NCBI GenBank assembly: GCA_964452295.1
Contig: CAYVKZ010000001.1
Span: 56,529-120,528, forward strand
Direction: 5' to 3'
DNA from: an uncultured Acidiphilium sp.
GTDB lineage: Bacteria; Bacillota; Clostridia; Christensenellales; Borkfalkiaceae
DNA length: 64,000 nucleotides
Shown: piece after piece, positions 58,474-64,000 of the stretch
How the letters are laid out: the number at the start of each line of letters is the position of its first letter
How positions within the stretch are numbered: the stretch's first letter is position 1
Program-made: the position numbers and the translations under genes
The notes under the pieces: model-generated
Seen by the model: only the letters and a program-made list of their open reading frames with translations
What the model was told of the DNA's origin: nothing
Database searches by the model: none

Positions 58474-59856
58474 ATGGATTATCGCATAGAAAAAGATACG
58501 ATGGGCGAGATGAAAGTTCCCGCCGATAGATATTGGGCTGCACAGACTCAAAGAAGCTACGAAAATTTCAAAATAGGCGACGAAGTTATGCCGCGCGAGA
58601 TCACTCACGCTTTCGGCATATTAAAAAAAGCCGTAGCTATAGCCAATAACAAACTCGGCAAATTAAGCGACGAAAAACGCGACGCTATTTGCGCCGCCGC
58701 AGACGAAGTTATATCCGGTAAGCTCAACGACCATTTTCCGTTGGTTGTTTGGCAAACGGGTAGCGGCACGCAGTCTAATATGAACGCGAACGAGGTTATT
58801 GCGAATAGAGGCAACGAAATTGCAGGAGCAAAGCTTCTCCACCCGAACGACGATATAAACAAAAGCCAAAGTTCGAACGATACTTTTCCCACCGCGATGC
58901 ATATAGCCGCCGTTTTAAGTATCGAAGATTGCTTATTCCCTGCTATGGATAAGCTTGCCGAAACGCTTAAACGTTTGGAAAAAGAAAACGAGGGAATAGT
59001 AAAAAGCGGAAGAACTCATTTACAAGATGCAGTTCCCGTTGCTTTTTCGCAAGAAATCAGCGGTTGGCGCGCGATGATAGAAAAAACGAAAGCGCAAATC
59101 GAACTTTCGCTTAATTCGCTAAAAGAACTTGCTTTAGGCGGGACTGCCGTAGGCACCGGTCTTAACGCCCCCGAAGGGTTCGACGTTGCCGTTGCTGAAG
59201 AAGTTTCGCGTTTAACGGGTAAAAAGTTTATTACTTCCGATAATAAGTTTCATGCGCTTACTTCTAAAGACGCGATGGTTTTTGCTCACGGCGCAATGAA
59301 AGCTTTGGCTTGCAATCTTATGAAAATCGCAAACGACGTGCGTTGGCTTGCTTCCGGTCCGCGCGATGGATTAGGCGAAATATTTATTCCCGAAAACGAA
59401 CCCGGTTCGTCTATAATGCCGGGAAAGGTAAATCCCACGCAATGCGAATCTATGACTATGGTTGCCGTTCAGGTAATGGCAAACGACGTAGCCGTTTCGG
59501 TCGGCGCGTCCCAAGGGAATTTCGAGCTTAACGTGTTTATGCCCGTAATAGCTTATAACTTCTTACAGTCTGCCAAGCTTTTGGCGGACGGAATTACGTC
59601 GTTCGAGAAAAATTGCGTTACCGGAATAAAAGCCAATAAAGAAAAAATGGCGCACAACTTGCACAATTCGCTTATGCTCGTTACCGCGCTTAACCCGTAT
59701 ATCGGTTATGAAAACGCCGCAAAAACGGCAAAAACCGCTTATAAAGAAAATATTTCGCTTAAAGAAGCTTGCGTTAAACTCGGCTTTTTAACCGAAGAAA
59801 AATTCGACGAGGTATTTAAGCCCGAACAAATGGCTTATCCCCGCAAAACAAAATAA
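58474..59856 (+). CDS. fumC: Class II fumarate hydratase
   Basis: [13 protein letters not shown] signature, [11 protein letters not shown], 460 aa. Confidence 0.95.
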   Translation: MDYRIEKDTMGEMKVPADRYWAAQTQRSYENFKIGDEVMPREITHAFGILKKAVAIANNKLGKLSDEKRDAICAAADEVISGKLNDHFPLVVWQTGSGTQSNMNANEVIANRGNEIAGAKLLHPNDDINKSQSSNDTFPTAMHIAAVLSIEDCLFPAMDKLAETLKRLEKENEGIVKSGRTHLQDAVPVAFSQEISGWRAMIEKTKAQIELSLNSLKELALGGTAVGTGLNAPEGFDVAVAEEVSRLTGKKFITSDNKFHALTSKDAMVFAHGAMKALACNLMKIANDVRWLASGPRDGLGEIFIPENEPGSSIMPGKVNPTQCESMTMVAVQVMANDVAVSVGASQGNFELNVFMPVIAYNFLQSAKLLADGITSFEKNCVTGIKANKEKMAHNLHNSLMLVTALNPYIGYENAAKTAKTAYKENISLKEACVKLGFLTEEKFDEVFKPEQMAYPRKTK

Positions 59857-59898
59857 TTCGCGTTAAGTTATTAAATTTAACGGTTTAAAGGATGCGCT

Positions 59899-60675
59899 AT
59901 GAAGATTTGTTATTATCCCGGTTGTACGTTAAAAACAAAGGGTAAAGAGTTAGACGATTATGCAAGGCGTTCAGCCGCCTCTTTAGGCGTTGAGATGGAA
60001 GAGATAGAAGGGTGGCAATGTTGCGGCGCGGTTTATCCGACCGCGCGCGACGAAATAGCCACTAAACTCTCCGCCGTTCGAGCTTTGGAATATGCAAAAA
60101 GAAACGGCGACGGAAAACTTTTAACACTTTGCTCGGCATGCCACAACGTTATAAAACGCGTTAATTACGATATGCAAACGGATGACGATATTCGTCTTAA
60201 AGTTAATAATTATTGTTCTTTCGACGAGCCTTACGCGGGCGAAACTAAAGTTTTACATTATTTAGAGCTTTTGCGTGACGAAATCGGTTTTGACGAAATA
60301 AAAAAAAGAGTAGTTAATCCTATAAACAAAAAAATCGGAGCGTATTACGGTTGTTTGCTTTTAAGACCTAGCAAGGTAATGGCGTTCGATTCACCCGAAA
60401 ATCCACACATATTAGAAGATTTTATATCGGCTATCGGTGCTACGCCGGTAGTTTATCCCTTACGTAACGAATGTTGCGGTGCTTACGTTTCGCTAAAAGA
60501 TAAGGGGCAAGCTACTCGCCAAAGCAAAAAGATATTAAACGACGCAAAAATTTACGGAGTCGAAATGTTAATCACCGCTTGTCCGCTTTGTTTGTATAAT
60601 TTACAAAAAGCGGGTGCGACTAACGTGAAGTATTTTACCGAACTTTTGGCTGAGGCTTTGGGGGTAAAGGAATGA
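59899..60675 (+). CDS. hdrB: HdrB-like protein with two CCG domains
   Basis: YYPGC...WQCCGAVYP and YYGC...NECCGAYVS cysteine patterns. Confidence 0.8.
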   Translation: MKICYYPGCTLKTKGKELDDYARRSAASLGVEMEEIEGWQCCGAVYPTARDEIATKLSAVRALEYAKRNGDGKLLTLCSACHNVIKRVNYDMQTDDDIRLKVNNYCSFDEPYAGETKVLHYLELLRDEIGFDEIKKRVVNPINKKIGAYYGCLLLRPSKVMAFDSPENPHILEDFISAIGATPVVYPLRNECCGAYVSLKDKGQATRQSKKILNDAKIYGVEMLITACPLCLYNLQKAGATNVKYFTELLAEALGVKE

Positions 60676-61058
60676 GCGCGAATAATTTAACCGAAACCGC
60701 TATAAAAATCAGCGGGACAGATATAAGAAAATGCATGAAATGCGGCAAATGCTCGGGCAGATGCCCCGCTTATAAAGATATGGATATAAAACCGCATCAA
60801 TTCGCAACTTGGATTGCCACCGGTAAAGCCGACAGACTTTTAAAAAGCGAGGCTATATGGCATTGTCTTTCTTGCATGGAATGCGTGGAACGTTGTCCGC
60901 GCGGAGTTGCTCCGCAAGCCGTTATCGAAGCGGTTAGAACGGTGGTGACCCGTCAAAGCGGTAAAAACGGTTTAACCGCCGAAGATATTCCTCCGTTTGT
61001 AGACGAATTCATCCCTCAGCAGCTTATAGTAAGTGCTTACAGAAAATTCAACAAATAA
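60672..61058 (+). CDS. hdrC: HdrC-like 4Fe-4S dicluster protein
   Basis: CMKCGKCSGRCP and CLSCMECVERCP. It overlaps the hdrB stop. Confidence 0.8.
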   Translation: MSANNLTETAIKISGTDIRKCMKCGKCSGRCPAYKDMDIKPHQFATWIATGKADRLLKSEAIWHCLSCMECVERCPRGVAPQAVIEAVRTVVTRQSGKNGLTAEDIPPFVDEFIPQQLIVSAYRKFNK

Positions 61059-61112
61059 AAACGCGTTTTGATTTACGCGTAAAACCTAAATTCAGCAAAA
61101 GAGAGAAAAGTA

Positions 61113-63104
61113 ATGCAAAAAATAGGTGTATTTGTATGTTGGTGCGGAAGTAACATTGCCGCTACCGTAGACGTCGAGCGTGTAGCTCGCGAGATAAAAG
61201 CCGAACCGAACGTCGTTTTTTCGGCTGACTATCAATATATGTGCTCCGAAAACGGGCAGCAACTTATTAAAAACGCAATAAAAGAATACGGTTTAACGGG
61301 CGTTGTAATCGGTTCTTGTTCGCCCAGAATGCATGAAGCAACGTTTAGAAGAGCTGCCGAAAGCGCGGGGCTTAACTCGTTTATGGTTGAAATAGCCAAC
61401 CTAAGAGAGCAATGTTCTTGGATTCATAAAGATAAAGAAGAAGCTACCGAAAAGGCTTTGGTGCTTTTGCGTACCGCTATAGCGAAAGTTCGTTTAAATG
61501 CGCCGCTTACTGCGGGGGAAAGTCCCGTAACCAAACGCGCGCTCGTAATCGGGGGCGGAATAGCGGGAATTCAAGCTGCTTTAGATATAGCCGAAGCGGG
61601 GTTTCCCGTCGATATAGTCGAAAAAAATCCTACGATCGGCGGAAGAATGAGTCAGCTTGATAAAACGTTTCCCACGTTAGACTGTTCGGCGTGTATTCTT
61701 ACGCCTAAAATGGTTGATTGCGCGCAGAATGAAAAAATAGATATTTTATCTTATTCCGAGGTCGAGCACGTTCAAGGATTCGTTGGTAATTTTAAAGTTA
61801 CCATTCGAAAAAAAGCAAGATACGTAGACGAAACGAAATGCACGGGCTGTAAAGTTTGTATGGAAAAATGCCCATCTAAAAAAGGGCTTAACGAGTTTAA
61901 CATGAATTTAAATAACCGCACGGCTATTTATATTCCGTTTGCTCAAGCTATACCCAACGTCGCGGTAATCGATCCCGAGCAGTGCATTAAGTTAAAAACC
62001 GGGAAGTGCGGGCTTTGTAGCATGAATTGCGGTGTCGGTGCTATAAACTACGATATGAAAGACGAATATATAGAAAGGGAGTACGGCGCGATAGTCGTTG
62101 CTACGGGCTTTAGACCTATAAACGTCGACGCTTTCAACGAATACGGATATAAAGATAACAAAGACGTTATTACTTCGCTCGAATTAGAACGTTTGATGAA
62201 CGCGGCAGGTCCTACGAACGGCGTGTTGCTTCGTCCGTCGGATAACACGCATCCTAAAGTAATAACCTTTATCCAATGCGTCGGTTCGCGTGACGTTTCG
62301 GGGTGCGGAAAGCCGTACTGCTCGAAAATTTGCTGCATGTATACTGCAAAACATGCAATGCTCATACGCGAAAAATATCCCGATACCGAAGTTCACGTGT
62401 TCTATATAGACGTTAGAACACCCGGCAAAAACTACGATGAGTTTTATCGTCGCGCGGTCGAACAATACGGCGTCGATTATATAAAAGGTATGGTCGGTAA
62501 GGTTTATAACGAAAACGGAAAGCTTATGGTTCAGGGCTCGAATCTTATCGATAACGAACAAGTAACTATTGCGTCAGACTTAGTAGTTTTAGCCGCCGCA
62601 ATCGAACCGGAACCGTCGGTTAGAAAGATTGCTACGCTTTTAACTGCGAGCATAGATACGAACAATTTCTTAAACGAATCGCATCCTAAACTCCGTCCGG
62701 TAGAAAGTCCTACGGCGGGTGTGTATTTGGCGGGCGTTTGCCAAGGACCTAAAGATATTCCCGAAACCGTTTCGCAAGCTTCGGCATGCGCGGCTAAAGT
62801 CATAGGACTTTTGGTTAAAGATAAATTAAAAACCAATCCATGCGTTGCTCATTCGGACGAAAGTATGTGCAACGGTTGTTCGCAATGCGCCAACGTTTGC
62901 GCTTATGGGGCAATATCTTACGTAAATAAAGAATTCAGAATCGGCGGCGGTAAAACCGAAACGCGTAGGGTAGCTTACGTTAATCCCGCGGTATGCCAAG
63001 GTTGCGGAGCTTGCACGGTAACATGTCCGTCGGGCGCTATGGATTTATCGGGCTTTAGTTCATCGCAAATTATGTCGGAGGTAGAGGCTATATGCAAAAG
63101 ATAA
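61113..63104 (+). CDS. hdrA: HdrA-like FAD/Fe-S oxidoreductase
   Basis: VIGGGIAGIQAALD FAD motif, several CxxCxxCxxxCP ferredoxin motifs, 663 aa. Confidence 0.85.
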   Translation: MQKIGVFVCWCGSNIAATVDVERVAREIKAEPNVVFSADYQYMCSENGQQLIKNAIKEYGLTGVVIGSCSPRMHEATFRRAAESAGLNSFMVEIANLREQCSWIHKDKEEATEKALVLLRTAIAKVRLNAPLTAGESPVTKRALVIGGGIAGIQAALDIAEAGFPVDIVEKNPTIGGRMSQLDKTFPTLDCSACILTPKMVDCAQNEKIDILSYSEVEHVQGFVGNFKVTIRKKARYVDETKCTGCKVCMEKCPSKKGLNEFNMNLNNRTAIYIPFAQAIPNVAVIDPEQCIKLKTGKCGLCSMNCGVGAINYDMKDEYIEREYGAIVVATGFRPINVDAFNEYGYKDNKDVITSLELERLMNAAGPTNGVLLRPSDNTHPKVITFIQCVGSRDVSGCGKPYCSKICCMYTAKHAMLIREKYPDTEVHVFYIDVRTPGKNYDEFYRRAVEQYGVDYIKGMVGKVYNENGKLMVQGSNLIDNEQVTIASDLVVLAAAIEPEPSVRKIATLLTASIDTNNFLNESHPKLRPVESPTAGVYLAGVCQGPKDIPETVSQASACAAKVIGLLVKDKLKTNPCVAHSDESMCNGCSQCANVCAYGAISYVNKEFRIGGGKTETRRVAYVNPAVCQGCGACTVTCPSGAMDLSGFSSSQIMSEVEAICKR

Positions 63105-63568
63105 ACGATAACAATGCCGAAAACTTAAGCGAAAATAAGCAATACATTCCGAATATAGTTGCTTTTTGCTGCAACTGGTGTTCTTATGCCGGTGCCGATT
63201 TGGCGGGTTCCAGCAGACTTTCTTATCCCGCAAACATAAAAATCATGCGTGTTCCTTGCTCTTGCAGAGTTAACCCGATGTTCGTATTAAAAGCGTTCCA
63301 ACAAGGCGCAGACGGCGTTATATTATGCGGCTGCCATCCGGGGGATTGCCACTACGTCACCGGTAACTATTATACGAGAAGAAGAATGTCGCTTTTATTC
63401 AGTTTTTTAAATTATATAGGAATCGAAAAAGAGAGAACGCGCGTTGAATGGGTTTCTGCCGCCGAAGGCGCTAAATTTTCTGCCGTTATGAATGATTTCG
63501 TTGCCAAGGTTACAGCCCTCGGCGAAAATAAAAGGCTTTCCGATTTACGCGTTAAGGAGGATTTATAA
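63092..63568 (+). CDS. mvhD: MvhD-like (methyl-viologen-reducing hydrogenase delta subunit family) Fe-S protein
   Basis: AFCCNWCSYAGADLAG...MRVPCSCRV...CGCHPGDCHY. Confidence 0.85.
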   Translation: MQKINDNNAENLSENKQYIPNIVAFCCNWCSYAGADLAGSSRLSYPANIKIMRVPCSCRVNPMFVLKAFQQGADGVILCGCHPGDCHYVTGNYYTRRRMSLLFSFLNYIGIEKERTRVEWVSAAEGAKFSAVMNDFVAKVTALGENKRLSDLRVKEDL

Positions 63569-64000
63569 TGACTGAGCTTGAAAAAATTCTCGTAAAAAGA
63601 GCGGAGGAACTTTTATCGAGCGGAGCAGTTGCTCGCGTGGTAGGATGGACTAAAGGCGAGTTTTACCACGATCCTTCTCCCGCTACTTTTGAAAATGCCG
63701 AACAATTAAAAAACTTCGTTTACAACGATTTTTGCGGTGCAAATCTTTCCAAATATTTAATAAATATAACAAAAAAAGACGGTAAAACCGCCGTGTTTTT
63801 AAAACCTTGCGATACTTACAGCTTTAACGAACTCGTAAAAGAACACAGAATCGATCGCGAAAAGGTTTTCGTTATAGGTGTTGAGTGTCAAGGAAAACTC
63901 GACGAATACAAACTCGAAAACAAAGGTTTTAGCGGCATAACCAATGAAGTTTTTGACGCAAAAACCGTTAAACTTGATACGCTTTACGGCGAAGGTTCTT
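63568..64000 (+). CDS. Uncharacterised protein, 5' part only (runs off the window), possibly FrhB/FdhB-like
   Basis: ATG 63568 overlaps the mvhD stop (TAATG). The frame is open to nt 64000. This ORF is not in the ORF track because no stop lies in the window. Confidence 0.6.
   Translation, partial: MTELEKILVKRAEELLSSGAVARVVGWTKGEFYHDPSPATFENAEQLKNFVYNDFCGANLSKYLINITKKDGKTAVFLKPCDTYSFNELVKEHRIDREKVFVIGVECQGKLDEYKLENKGFSGITNEVFDAKTVKLDTLYGEGS

Noticed and set aside
1-64000. CRISPR arrays, rRNA operons, transposases, integrases and prophage blocks
   Set aside because: I saw no regularly spaced direct repeats, no rRNA-like sequence and no recombinase-like ORF anywhere in the window.

Overview
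The window looks like a chromosomal core segment of a low-GC, endospore-forming Firmicute (Clostridia-like). That assignment is an inference from gene content: sigG-ylmC, the complete spoIIIAA-AH operon, and the Firmicute order asp23-nusB-folD-ispA-tlyA-nadK-argR-recN. Most genes are housekeeping. They include tsaEB-rimI, murF-ddl, rpmE-prmC-prfA, trpS, tig-clpP-clpX, dgt-dnaG-rpoD-trmK-nif3, type III glutamine synthetase, and rex-mdh-fumC followed by an hdrBCA-mvhD-type redox cluster that runs off the right edge. RNA genes are RNase P RNA (12811-13154), tRNA-Pro(CGG), tRNA-Leu(UAA), tRNA-Val(CAC) and tRNA-Pro(GGG). I found no rRNA, CRISPR array, transposase or integrase. The one clearly accessory locus lies directly downstream of rnpB (about 13.2-15.8 kb). 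It reads: a strong sigma-A-type promoter, a roughly 195-nt rod-like structured RNA ending in an intrinsic terminator, an M.EcoRI-family adenine methyltransferase whose frame is broken near its 5' end, and a translationally close DUF262(ParB-like)+HNH nuclease. This RNA-methylase-nuclease cassette is my best candidate for an undescribed system. Secondary items are a truncated RiPP-like ABC/PqqD/S24-peptidase module at the left edge, a MurF-like ligase with a polytopic membrane N-terminus, a DUF1385-PrmC fusion, an orphan terminator in a 360-bp non-coding gap, and the Rex-linked mdh-fumC-hdr cluster. All functional calls rest on motif recognition by eye and remembered family knowledge. No database search was run.
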